A stretch of DNA of 60,630 nt, taken from positions 1-60,630 of the IMG/VR virus record IMGVR_UViG_3300012914_000001. The stretch is one strand, 5' to 3'. Below the pieces are notes generated by a model. That model ran no database searches and had not been told where the DNA came from. It saw nothing but the letters and a program-made list of their open reading frames with translations. A program made the position numbers and the translations under genes. Shown here in pieces: positions 52,178 through 60,630 of this stretch (positions are counted from its first letter, which is position 1; the number at the start of each line of letters is the position of its first letter). The DNA is from a virus (Duplodnaviria > Caudoviricetes).

Positions 52178-52528
52178 TCAGCCCTGTTTTAGGGGCGAGC
52201 CGTCGACCTCGATCAGCAGCGACCCAAACCATCGGTTGTGATGCGCCTCGGCGAGGCGCACGAGGTGCGGCCCGCCCTCGCGTGGAATGAACGAGATCAG
52301 CGACGGGGCGAGCCGTCGGTACACCCGGCGCTGCGCCGTCGAGGCGCCGCCCGAGCTCGTCACGGTGAACTCGAGCGGCAGCACGATCCCGGCGGGCAGA
52401 GTTTTGGAGTAATCGACCTCGATCAGGCAGGCCGCGAACGCGCGCACCGTCGGCGTCTGCTGACTCAACGTCAGCCGGATCAGATCCTGCCCATAGGTGA
52501 CCGGGCTGACCTCGTCGACGACTGCCAT
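52178..52528 (-). CDS. Hypothetical tail-region beta protein
   Basis: SFIPREGGPHLVRL Ig-like motif. Confidence 0.65.
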   Translation of the reverse strand: MAVVDEVSPVTYGQDLIRLTLSQQTPTVRAFAACLIEVDYSKTLPAGIVLPLEFTVTSSGGASTAQRRVYRRLAPSLISFIPREGGPHLVRLAEAHHNRWFGSLLIEVDGSPLKQG

Positions 52529-52903
52529 TTATTCGATGTCCACGTGAACGAACAGCGACCCGTGTGCCTCGCGCACGAGCCGCAGGGTGTAGTGACCGGC
52601 CGACAGCGGGGTGAACCGCTGCACGCTCGACTGCCCGCCGGGACTCGACACGTTCGGCGGCGGGAACGTCGGCGCCTCGGCGAGAAAGGCGATGAACAGC
52701 TCGCCGTCGAGGGCAGCGTCGAGCGGCGCGAGCACCCCGCCGACCCGGGCAGAGACCTCGACCTCGACGCCGACCTCGCCCCGGTGCCGCAAATGCTGAT
52801 GTTCCGGGCGCGGGTTCAGCCGTCCGGGGCGACTGCCCGTCGGCGGATCGACCCAAGGCACGACCGTCGTGCCGTCTGTGAACTCTGCCCGAAAGTCAGC
52901 CAT
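52529..52903 (-). CDS. Hypothetical tail-region beta protein
   Basis: FTPLSAGHYTLRL Ig-like motif. Confidence 0.65.
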   Translation of the reverse strand: MADFRAEFTDGTTVVPWVDPPTGSRPGRLNPRPEHQHLRHRGEVGVEVEVSARVGGVLAPLDAALDGELFIAFLAEAPTFPPPNVSSPGGQSSVQRFTPLSAGHYTLRLVREAHGSLFVHVDIE

Positions 52904-52907
52904 GCAT

Positions 52908-53324
52908 TCAGCCGTCTGCCGCCGTGAGCTCGGGCGGCGGCACCGGCGTCGCGCCCTCGGGAACGCTACCGTGCCCGACCGGGGTGACGCTCGCGAGGTG
53001 CTGCGGCGGTCGCGCCTCGCGCCGCGCCCGCGCGCCGAGCGCGCCGAGCCGGTCGAGCTCGGGCACTTTCGGATCGTCCTCGTCGCGGTCGATGGGCAGC
53101 GCGTGAAACGCCGCGAGCTGCTGTTCGAGGTCGGCGATCAGCGCGTCGAGCGGACCGAGCCGCTGCATCAGCTGACCCCGCTGCTGACGCAGCTCGACGA
53201 TCTTGCGCGACACGTCGTCGACCGACAGCAGCTGCGCGCGCTGCGCCGGCATGACGATCATGTGCCGCTCGCCAATGCGGCGCATGCGGGTCGCCCGCAC
53301 CTGCCCGAGGCGAACCTCGCTCAC
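52908..53324 (-). CDS. Coiled-coil hypothetical protein
   Basis: Heptad segment; GTGA coupling. Confidence 0.55.
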   Translation of the reverse strand: MSEVRLGQVRATRMRRIGERHMIVMPAQRAQLLSVDDVSRKIVELRQQRGQLMQRLGPLDALIADLEQQLAAFHALPIDRDEDDPKVPELDRLGALGARARREARPPQHLASVTPVGHGSVPEGATPVPPPELTAADG

Positions 53325-53572
53325 TGCTGCCCCTCGTCCGGCGCCGGCGGCGACTCGGCGGCGATCGTGGCGACGAGCTCGCCGTGCTGCCGCTCGAACT
53401 CGGTCAGGCGTGCCTCGGCCTCGGCGAGCCGGTTGCGGGCGTTAGCGACGCGCTGCTGCGCCTCGTCGATCAGCTCCTCGAGCTGCAGTTTATCCCGCTG
53501 CCTCTGCAGCGCTCGGCGCTGCGCCTGTCGCGCTGCGCCTGCCTCGAGGGCGGGGTTAATCGGTTGCGTCAT
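53321..53572 (-). CDS. Coiled-coil hypothetical protein (fibre chaperone?)
   Basis: 83 aa; AAAGGA SD; follows the fibre gene. Confidence 0.6.
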   Translation of the reverse strand: MTQPINPALEAGAARQAQRRALQRQRDKLQLEELIDEAQQRVANARNRLAEAEARLTEFERQHGELVATIAAESPPAPDEGQQ

Positions 53573-53587
53573 GTCGGGTCCTTTCGT

Positions 53588-54748
53588 TCAGGTGTAAACG
53601 CCCTCGTTTGTCCGATAGCTGCGGGCGGTCACGTTTCCGGTTATCGATGTGATCTCGAGCCCGACGATCGCCGGACCGCCGAACTCGCCGAACACGACGA
53701 CATACAGCGGATCGCTCGTCCCGAGGATCGGCATCGCGCCGCTATCGAGCGAGCCGTTTTCCAAGATCACGTAATGGTTCGACTCGTACGCGCCGAGGCT
53801 GGCGCTCGGGTCGGTCTTTACCGCAAGCGTCGTGAACGAGCCGTCGATCGCGACGCGAATGATCTCGGCCCGCGGCATGTTCGTCGGAAACCCGCCGTGC
53901 CCGTTCTCGCCGTTCAGCGCTACGAACACGTTGACGAGGCTGTCGCCCGGGCGCACGGGCAGCGGGAAAATCAGATTACGCTGCGCGGCGACGTCGACCT
54001 GTTCCCATGTCAGTTTCCCGCTCGCGTGCGTCGATCGACTCCAGCCGACGTCGAGCTCGTGCGGGATCAGCATGGTGCGAAACGTCTCGTTATCGTCGTC
54101 GATGACGAGGTCGCCGGCGTCCTCGAGCGTGATGTCGGCGCCCGCCTGCACGACGAGGTCGGCGCCGCTCAGTAGGACAATGTTTCCGCCGTTCAGAACG
54201 TTGATGTCGCCGCCGCTCAGTAGGTTGATATTCCCGCCGCTTTCGACATCGAGGTCACCGGTCGCCGTCAGCTGGATCTCGCCGCCGACGCGGATAAACC
54301 CCGTGCCCTCGACGTTCATCTCGGAACCGGTATTGATGTCGAGCCGGCCGCCGCTTTCGACGTTCAGGATGCCGCCGCTGCCGATGCGCAGCTCGCCGAG
54401 GACGTCGACGAGCGACCCCGCGAGGCCGGTCAGGTTTGCGCCCGAGAGTAGCCTCGTGTCGCTGTTCGCGCCGAAATCGATGTCGCCGTCGATCGTGCCC
54501 GTGACGCCGTTGACGATCGACAGCGTCGAGCCCGAGGCGAACGCGACCGCGCTGCCCGAGAGAAAGTCGACATCGCTGCCGAACCGGACGTCGGCGCCCT
54601 CGTACTGCAGGACGCCGCCGAGCGTGTACGTCCCGCCGTTGACGCCGTCGATCGCTTTCAGCAGCTCGTTCTGCAGGAACGTCATCTGCGCCGAGGTCAG
54701 CACCTCGTTCAGACTCCAGCCGCCGGGGTTTGCTGCAGTCAGTGTCAT
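53588..54748 (-). CDS. Tail fibre/spike protein with beta-solenoid repeats
   Basis: After the gp48-like gene; WSLNEVLTSAQM attachment motif; ~8-aa GG.INV/LSGG repeats. Confidence 0.7.
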   Translation of the reverse strand: MTLTAANPGGWSLNEVLTSAQMTFLQNELLKAIDGVNGGTYTLGGVLQYEGADVRFGSDVDFLSGSAVAFASGSTLSIVNGVTGTIDGDIDFGANSDTRLLSGANLTGLAGSLVDVLGELRIGSGGILNVESGGRLDINTGSEMNVEGTGFIRVGGEIQLTATGDLDVESGGNINLLSGGDINVLNGGNIVLLSGADLVVQAGADITLEDAGDLVIDDDNETFRTMLIPHELDVGWSRSTHASGKLTWEQVDVAAQRNLIFPLPVRPGDSLVNVFVALNGENGHGGFPTNMPRAEIIRVAIDGSFTTLAVKTDPSASLGAYESNHYVILENGSLDSGAMPILGTSDPLYVVVFGEFGGPAIVGLEITSITGNVTARSYRTNEGVYT

Positions 54749-55449
54749 GGGTTCAATCCTGTTAGATCGAGCAGGTCGACGTCGAGGATAAACCCGACGC
54801 CGGTCAGCACCTGAAAGTTATGCGTTGCCGGCAGTACTTTGTTCAAGTGCGCGCGCGCTCGCTCGATGATTCGCTGCTCGGCGAGGCCCGGCACGACGCC
54901 GCTGCCGATGTCGAATATCGCCGTGACGACGAACTCGGTCGAGTAGTTTGCAAAGCGCGTCGACTTGCGCCCGCCGAACGGCAGCGCGCCGGCGAGGTCC
55001 TCGAACGCTCGCCCCGGCACGGTGTCGGTCGTCTCGACGTGCGAGAACATGACGACCGACAGGCGGTCGTCGATCTGCGCGAGGTCGGCGGCGATGTCCG
55101 GCAGCGTGCCGCGCACCCGTTCGGTGAACAGCTGCTCGACGACGGCCTGCCGCTCGAGCTCGCTGTCGCCCGGCTCGGGCACGGCCTGCAGTAGCTGCTC
55201 GTAATACTCGAGCAGGTCGGTCGCGTGCCGAGGGAACGCCTGCAGGATCGCCCGCTCGCCGGTCGTCGCCGCGGCGGCAAGGCCGGTTGCGCGGGCCTGT
55301 CGCCACAGTCCGTCGATCGTCCCGTCGTCATCGAGCGCCGATCCGCCGACGCCGACGCTCGAGCGCATCGCCGCATAGATCGTTTCGGTGTGCGTCGACC
55401 CGCCACCGAACTCGAACGGGAACCCGTTTTGCCACCCGAACCCACCCAT
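54745..55449 (-). CDS. Baseplate wedge protein (Mu gp48 / DUF2313-like)
   Basis: FPRHATDLLEYYEQLL..ERQAVV..LNKVLPAT. Confidence 0.7.
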   Translation of the reverse strand: MGGFGWQNGFPFEFGGGSTHTETIYAAMRSSVGVGGSALDDDGTIDGLWRQARATGLAAAATTGERAILQAFPRHATDLLEYYEQLLQAVPEPGDSELERQAVVEQLFTERVRGTLPDIAADLAQIDDRLSVVMFSHVETTDTVPGRAFEDLAGALPFGGRKSTRFANYSTEFVVTAIFDIGSGVVPGLAEQRIIERARAHLNKVLPATHNFQVLTGVGFILDVDLLDLTGLNP

Positions 55450-55452
55450 CGC

Positions 55453-55950
55453 TTACCACCCGAACAGAACGACGGTGCTGCCGTCGACGAGGGCGTTCGC
55501 TGAATTGAACACGCACACCCGGATCCGATTCGTTTGCGCGTCGACCGCCGCCTGCGCCTTTCGCACGACGCTCGGGTCAGGGTCGATGACGTGCGCGGTC
55601 GCCCACAGAAACGAAATGGCGGCGTCGTCGCCGGCCTCGTCGGGCACCGGGGTCGGGTACGCGATCAGGTAATCGCCGGTCGCCGACCGCGTCAGGGACG
55701 GATCGTCGTACGGCGGCGCGGTCAGGCGTTTCGGGTTCCACGTTTCGACGCGCGCGACGACGCTCGGGCTCGGCTCGGCGACGAACGCGAGGGCCGTGCG
55801 CGGGGTGACGAGGCCCATGCCCGCGCACTGCCACATGATCAGGTTCGCGATCCGTGCGTCCCATTGCCGGCGCGCGTCGCGCACCGGCGAGCTGTTCTCG
55901 ACCTCGGGCCCGAACGAGTCACGGTCGGGCCGCAGTGGCCACCCCGTCAT
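55453..55950 (-). CDS. Hypothetical baseplate-region protein
   Basis: TRSATGDYLIAY tail-type motif; ATGA coupling. Confidence 0.65.
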   Translation of the reverse strand: MTGWPLRPDRDSFGPEVENSSPVRDARRQWDARIANLIMWQCAGMGLVTPRTALAFVAEPSPSVVARVETWNPKRLTAPPYDDPSLTRSATGDYLIAYPTPVPDEAGDDAAISFLWATAHVIDPDPSVVRKAQAAVDAQTNRIRVCVFNSANALVDGSTVVLFGW

Positions 55951-56192
55951 CGCGCACCCGCGTCGCCTGGAGCTGCCGGCGACGGGGCGGCTGCGGGCGG
56001 CAGGGGCGGCTCGGCCTTGCAAGCGTCGAGCGTGACACCGACGGCGGCGAGCGGCGTGCACACGTCGACCCCGAACGCGAACGCCGCGGGCACTGCCGCA
56101 GCGAGGACGATCGCGAGCACGGCGAGGATCTGGTTTCGCCGGCGCAGCGCTGCAGGTTTGGGTTCGGGCGTCTGCTCGGTTTCAGGGGTCAT
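55947..56192 (-). CDS. Small membrane protein inserted in the baseplate module
   Basis: RRRNQILAVLAIVLAAAVPAAFAF; AAAGGA SD. Confidence 0.6.
   Translation of the reverse strand: MTPETEQTPEPKPAALRRRNQILAVLAIVLAAAVPAAFAFGVDVCTPLAAVGVTLDACKAEPPLPPAAAPSPAAPGDAGAR
55961..55984 (-). repeat. 24-bp dispersed palindrome (exact copy)
   Basis: Exact match. Confidence 0.85.
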
Positions 56193-56204
56193 GTCGGTCC
56201 TTTC

Positions 56205-57785
56205 TCACGGCAGCTCGTACGCTGCGAACTTGCCGAGGGTGATGCGGCGCGGGCCCTCGACGGGATCGGCAGGCAGGCTCGGCGACTGCGCGCTGATGCT
56301 CGTCAGGGTCGCGTCGCTCGCGACCGACCCGAGTGCCTCGCTGATGAACGTGACGAGCGACTGCCCGGCGCGCAGCGGGTATTCCTCGCTCGGCATCGGG
56401 CGCCGGAACGCGCGCGCGCCGAGCGGATCGGTCGCGAGGTTCAGCACCTCGCCCGGGCCGAGGCTGTCGAAATACGCCTCGACCGCCTCGGCGATCGAGT
56501 CTTTTTGCAGGCTCGCCGGGCTGATCCAGTCGCCGACCGCGACGGTGTGCGACGGCGCCGAGGACAGCTGCACGCGGTACACGCCGGCGCCGAGGTCCGT
56601 CACGGTGCCGACGTTCAGGGTTTCGAACCGACTCGTCGGCACGTCCCATACCATCAGCCCGACGCCGGCAAGGCTCGACACCCCGTTCGGCAGCAGGCCC
56701 GCGCCGCTCGCCGTGATGCGAAAGTCGACCGTGCTCGACACGAGCGAGACTGCGACCGAGCCGCTGCCGCTGTTCGCCGGCGGGAACGGCTGCAGGTCGG
56801 TCCACCCTGCGGCGCTGCCCTTGCGCAGCGCGAGCTGCACGACGGTGTTCGCCGGCTGCGGGGTGTCGGGCACGACGACGACGAACGCCTGCCCCGGCAG
56901 GTCCGGCGATCCCGGCGGGACGATCGCCGCCTGCACCTGCAGCAGCACGCCGGAGCTCGCGACGCGCGCGTTCGGGCCGATGCCGATGCCGCGTTTTTGC
57001 GTGACCGCGACGAGCACACTGCCGGCGTTCATCGCCGCCGGGTAAACGAATGCGTCCTCGACGGCGTTGCTCGCCTTGCGCGCGAGCCCCCGGATCATGG
57101 CGTCGTTCCCTGCGCCCGGCTTATGCCGCACCCGCGACATGAGTCGCGCGCTGAACTCGGCGTCGGTTTCGGCGGGACCCCCGCCGGTGAACTGCGTCTG
57201 CACGACGGCGACCGGGTTCGAGCTCGCCGGCGCGTTGCTCCACCGAATTTCGTCGTCGGGTTCGAGGTTCGTCTCGATGCCGCCGTCGATGCCGATGACG
57301 ACGAGGCTGACCTGCCCGCTCGCGTTCGCGACGCCGCTGACGAGCACCTGATACCGCTTGCCCGCCTCGTCGGTGCCGAACGTCGCGAATGGATCGGGCA
57401 CCGTCGTCGAGCCGATGTACGTCGTTCCGGGCAGTCCCGTCGCGAGCACGAGGCCGTTACCGCCGGTCGCCGGCAGATAGCGCTCACCCCACTGCGGCGC
57501 GTGATAGTTCTGCAGGAACGCCGAGCCCGACCGGTCGATGCGGATCTGCTGCGCGAGGAACTCGTCGCGCTTTTGGATCCCTTGGCAGGCGAGGTCGATC
57601 GCGTCGGCCTCGACGTAAAAGCGCCCGCCGGCGGTCGTCACGCGCCGGATCGTGTCCTCGGTAAACGGCTCGTGCGTTTTGGGGTCGTCGATGTTCCGCA
57701 GGCCGTTGCGGAAAAACCGCAGAATGTCCTCGCGGATCTCGCCCCTGCGGAACACGGCGAACTCGCGCTCGATCGGTGTGGGCAT
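56205..57785 (-). CDS. Baseplate J-like protein (Mu gp47)
   Basis: FLQNYHAPQWG, GGIETNL, FTGGGPAETDAEFSARL...PGAGN, AFVYP..GSV.V. Confidence 0.9.
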   Translation of the reverse strand: MPTPIEREFAVFRRGEIREDILRFFRNGLRNIDDPKTHEPFTEDTIRRVTTAGGRFYVEADAIDLACQGIQKRDEFLAQQIRIDRSGSAFLQNYHAPQWGERYLPATGGNGLVLATGLPGTTYIGSTTVPDPFATFGTDEAGKRYQVLVSGVANASGQVSLVVIGIDGGIETNLEPDDEIRWSNAPASSNPVAVVQTQFTGGGPAETDAEFSARLMSRVRHKPGAGNDAMIRGLARKASNAVEDAFVYPAAMNAGSVLVAVTQKRGIGIGPNARVASSGVLLQVQAAIVPPGSPDLPGQAFVVVVPDTPQPANTVVQLALRKGSAAGWTDLQPFPPANSGSGSVAVSLVSSTVDFRITASGAGLLPNGVSSLAGVGLMVWDVPTSRFETLNVGTVTDLGAGVYRVQLSSAPSHTVAVGDWISPASLQKDSIAEAVEAYFDSLGPGEVLNLATDPLGARAFRRPMPSEEYPLRAGQSLVTFISEALGSVASDATLTSISAQSPSLPADPVEGPRRITLGKFAAYELP

Positions 57786-57792
57786 GCTGCGG

Positions 57793-58239
57793 TTACTCTG
57801 TGAACGTGAACGTGCGCTCGGCGTCGCGACGCGGCGCCAATAGGTCGGTGTACTCGATGCCGGTGTTCAGCTGCGTTTTATCCGTCGCGTCGACCTCGCC
57901 GGCAACCTGTTTGAACGCGACGACGCCGGCGTCGACGGCGGGCCGCAGCGCCTCGCGCGACATCGACTCGACGAGCTCGGGCGACTCGCTCGTCACATGC
58001 GTCAGCTCGCGGTACCGCTGCCCGAACCCGAGCACGGCTGCGCCCGAACCGCGCTGCGTTCGCAGCAGGTGCACGACGAGGCCGTCGGCGATCGTCGCGC
58101 TGTCGACGAGCGACAGATACTCGCCCGTCGCGGGGTCGATCTGATCGGCGAGGATAGCCGGCGGCGGTTCGCTGACAGCCTGCTGCGTCAGCGTGAACGC
58201 GCTCGCCGGCGTCACGCCGGCAGGCGGTATGTTCGACAT
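57793..58239 (-). CDS. Baseplate wedge / sheath initiator (gp25 / Mu gp46-like)
   Basis: LRTQRGS...GFGQR...REALRP.V..G; directly upstream of gp47. Confidence 0.7.
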   Translation of the reverse strand: MSNIPPAGVTPASAFTLTQQAVSEPPPAILADQIDPATGEYLSLVDSATIADGLVVHLLRTQRGSGAAVLGFGQRYRELTHVTSESPELVESMSREALRPAVDAGVVAFKQVAGEVDATDKTQLNTGIEYTDLLAPRRDAERTFTFTE

Positions 58240-58252
58240 CACGCCGACTGTA

Positions 58253-58582
58253 TCACGGGATCGGACAGAACAGCCCCGGCACCTCGACCTCGAGCGGCAG
58301 CGATGGGAACGCCGGCAGCACTGGTGTCGACGGGTACGCGAGTGTCGGGCGCGCCGGCACACCGGGCAGCGCCGGCGGCGTCGGCATGCTGACGACGAGC
58401 GGCAGCGATGGGAACGCCGGCACTGCCGGTGTCGATGGGAACGGCAGCGTCGGGCGCGCAGGAACGCCCGGCAGCTCGGGCGGATCGGGCACGGTCACGT
58501 CGAGCGGCAGCGATGGGAATGCCGGCGGCACCGGCGTCGATGGGAACGCCGGCGCCGGCAGGGGCGGGAACGCGCAGGCCAA
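58253..58582 (-). CDS. Proline-rich protein with 35-aa tandem repeats
   Basis: FPSTP..PAFPSLPL...P.PP.LPGVPARPTL repeated ~2.6 times; 105-bp DNA period (58291, 58396, 58501). Confidence 0.65.
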   Translation of the reverse strand: MACAFPPLPAPAFPSTPVPPAFPSLPLDVTVPDPPELPGVPARPTLPFPSTPAVPAFPSLPLVVSMPTPPALPGVPARPTLAYPSTPVLPAFPSLPLEVEVPGLFCPIP

Positions 58583-58586
58583 TGCC

Positions 58587-58922
58587 TTAGGCGATCAATT
58601 CTTTCCGGACCGTGACAGAGAGCACGGCCTGCGCCGTCGTGCCGTCGCCGATGACGTTCACCTGCTCGCCGGCGACCATGGCGATGTTTGGGAAATCCGT
58701 CGGCATGTTGTAAACGCCCGCCGGCACCGAATATCGGCGCTTGACGTTCGCTGCAGTCGCCGTCGTGCCGAGCGCGAGCGACACCGTTTTTGCGTCGCCG
58801 GTCGACGGCTGCTGCAGGTTCACTGCGATGATTGTCCAGATCTGACCGGTCGGAACAGCGACGCCGAGCGTTGCGTTACTCGTCGTGACTGCCTGACTGC
58901 CGAGGGGTGCGGTTAGTCCCAT
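58587..58922 (-). CDS. Hypothetical beta-rich virion protein
   Basis: 111 aa, VPTGQIWTI..; packed in the operon. Confidence 0.65.
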   Translation of the reverse strand: MGLTAPLGSQAVTTSNATLGVAVPTGQIWTIIAVNLQQPSTGDAKTVSLALGTTATAANVKRRYSVPAGVYNMPTDFPNIAMVAGEQVNVIGDGTTAQAVLSVTVRKELIA

Positions 58923-58940
58923 GATGGTTGTCCGTTCGTT

Positions 58941-59465
58941 TTATGTTGGATCGGGATCGGTTTTGGCTGCGTCGCGCGCCTCGCGCTGCGCCTGTCGTTC
59001 TGCCTCGCGCTGCGCCTCGCGTTCGGCGGCGCGCGCGTTCTGTTTCTGCCGCTTTCGCAGCTCGCGTTCGAGCAGCTCGAGCGGGTACGCCTCGAGTCGA
59101 TCGGCAGGCGGCGCGAGTTTCAGGGTCGTCGCGGCCTCGAGGCGAATGCGCGCGTCGCGCACGTCGAGGATATCGAGCGGCAGGACCATTCGCGACCCCG
59201 CTGCCTGCACGACGACGTGCGGCGTTTTTGGTTCCGAGCTCCGCACGGCGGCCTCGGCGAACAGCTCGGTCAGCGCGTCGCCCTCGGGCAGGTGCGCCGT
59301 CCACGCCAACGACTCGGCGTCGAACACGATCGCGAGTGCCGCGTTCGGATCCTCGAATACCTGCGGCGCGAGCCGCCGCAGGCAAACCGCGGCCGCGACC
59401 GGCATCGGAACGAACCCCTGAAACACGAGCTTTTGAAGCGCGCGCGTGTGCGGCGATTGTGGCAT
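58941..59465 (-). CDS. Hypothetical protein with coiled-coil C-terminus
   Basis: Abuts the fibre stop codon (TAA ATG). Confidence 0.6.
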   Translation of the reverse strand: MPQSPHTRALQKLVFQGFVPMPVAAAVCLRRLAPQVFEDPNAALAIVFDAESLAWTAHLPEGDALTELFAEAAVRSSEPKTPHVVVQAAGSRMVLPLDILDVRDARIRLEAATTLKLAPPADRLEAYPLELLERELRKRQKQNARAAEREAQREAERQAQREARDAAKTDPDPT

Positions 59466-60630
59466 TTACGATGTCCTCGCGCCGAGGCCCTTGCTCGAGT
59501 AGCCGATGTAATCGATGTCGAGCGTTCGCGCCGCTGACGTTCGGGTGAAAATGTGGGTGCCCATCTGCAGCGTTTCAAGGTCCGGGACCGCCGAGGTGTG
59601 CGTCGCCTCGAGGACGCCGTCGATCCATAGCTCTAGCTCGCCGAGCACGTCCTGCCGGATCTCGTGCACGTTCCACCCCGTCCCGACGGCGACGCCGGTG
59701 TCGGTTAGCTCGATGGTCCCGCCTGCCTCGCGCGTATGAAAGTGGATGTTTGTGCTGCCGAGGTTGGTATCGACGATCGACAGGATCGAGTCTGTTTCGC
59801 TGTTCGGGTTGCCGCCGATTGTGGCCATGAACCCGAGCCTGCAGCCAAACGTCGTCAGCGTGTTCATTCGCGCGATGAACATCGCACTCTCGATTTCGTC
59901 GCCGCGGAACAGCCCGTGCGCCTCGTTGATGCTCTTACAGAGACAGACGCCGTCGCCCGACACGATTCCAGACGTCATCCGGAGAATGCCGAGGTGATTG
60001 TTTTCGCTGTCCAGCTGCGCGATCGAACCCGAGTTGTTGATCGAGAAAGCGAACCAATTCAAGTCGCCGACCTGATAGGGCGGATCGAGGAACAGCGCCG
60101 GCACCGACCCCACGTACGCCGTGTACATGAACTCGTCGAAAAACCAGTGATGCCCCTGGTTTTTTTTGTACGTCAGACCGAGCGTCGCGTCGATCGTGAT
60201 CCCGTATTGCGCGCTCGCCTCGACGTCGATGACGCCGCCGCCGGCATAGTTCAGCGCGGCGCCGGCGAGCGTCGAAAAGCTGTGCGCTATGATGTCGGTG
60301 ACCGTGCCGATGCGCGCAGGGAATGAGTTATTTACGAGCTGCAGACTCGTCGCGAGCGCGAGGCCGGCGCTCGGGTTGCAAACGATCGAGAATTGAATCG
60401 TCGGCCCGAACGTGCCCGTCGCACCCTGCGACCCCGGCAGGCCGTCGTTTCCGTCAGCGCCGTCGGCACCGGGCGGGCCCGGCACGCCCTGCGGACCCTG
60501 CGCGCCCGTCGCGCCCGTCGCACCTGCAGGGCCTTGCGGACCGGTCGCGCCTGCAGCGCCCTGCTGCCCCGGCAGGCCGTCGTCGCCGTCAGCGCCGGGC
60601 GGGCCCGGTGGGCCTTGCGGACCCGTCGCA
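59466..60630 (-). CDS. Collagen-like tail fibre, C-terminal part with lectin-like head
   Basis: End of the G-X-Y run, then [35 protein letters not shown]. Confidence 0.8.
   Translation of the reverse strand, partial: ATGPQGPPGPPGADGDDGLPGQQGAAGATGPQGPAGATGATGAQGPQGVPGPPGADGADGNDGLPGSQGATGTFGPTIQFSIVCNPSAGLALATSLQLVNNSFPARIGTVTDIIAHSFSTLAGAALNYAGGGVIDVEASAQYGITIDATLGLTYKKNQGHHWFFDEFMYTAYVGSVPALFLDPPYQVGDLNWFAFSINNSGSIAQLDSENNHLGILRMTSGIVSGDGVCLCKSINEAHGLFRGDEIESAMFIARMNTLTTFGCRLGFMATIGGNPNSETDSILSIVDTNLGSTNIHFHTREAGGTIELTDTGVAVGTGWNVHEIRQDVLGELELWIDGVLEATHTSAVPDLETLQMGTHIFTRTSAARTLDIDYIGYSSKGLGARTS
60508..60630. repeat. Terminal direct overlap (identical to 1-123)
   Basis: Exact match. Confidence 0.9.

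Noticed and set aside
13219-55984. 24-bp palindromes as a CRISPR array or insertion element
   Set aside because: Copies are kilobases apart, with no spacer periodicity, cas genes, transposase or target duplications
58386-58916. Gly-rich + strand ORF over the 105-bp repeat
   Set aside because: It is antisense to a continuous minus-strand operon; the Pro-rich minus frame fits the gene packing

Overview
This window appears to be the complete circular genome (~60.5 kb; bases 1-123 repeat exactly at 60508-60630) of a high-GC tailed phage with a contractile tail. The minus strand carries a Mu-type head, tail and baseplate gene set: terS/terL, DUF935 portal, gpF, protease-scaffold, capsid, sheath, tube, tape measure, gpN/gp44-48-like baseplate and collagen fibres. 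It also carries a lysis cassette with an M15 endolysin. The middle of the genome has two paralogous replication-initiator genes, RuvC, YqaJ exonuclease, RecT, an SbcC-like ATPase and many small Cys-rich genes, and the genome has two methyltransferase-like genes. I could not find a transposase, integrase, repressor, polymerase, helicase, tRNA or CRISPR array. The most notable unexplained signals are: (1) a 24-bp palindrome CGTCGCC-N3-AGCT-N3-GGCGACG dispersed inside unrelated genes around the genome; (2) a ~111-nt three-way-junction RNA candidate with its own extended -10 box at 50188-50298; (3) three Acb2/Tad1-like anti-defence hairpin proteins inside the structural operon; (4) five sigma28-like promoters; (5) two parS-like sites; (6) iterons and a -1 frameshift site. 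All protein calls come from motif recall and gene order, not from database searches.
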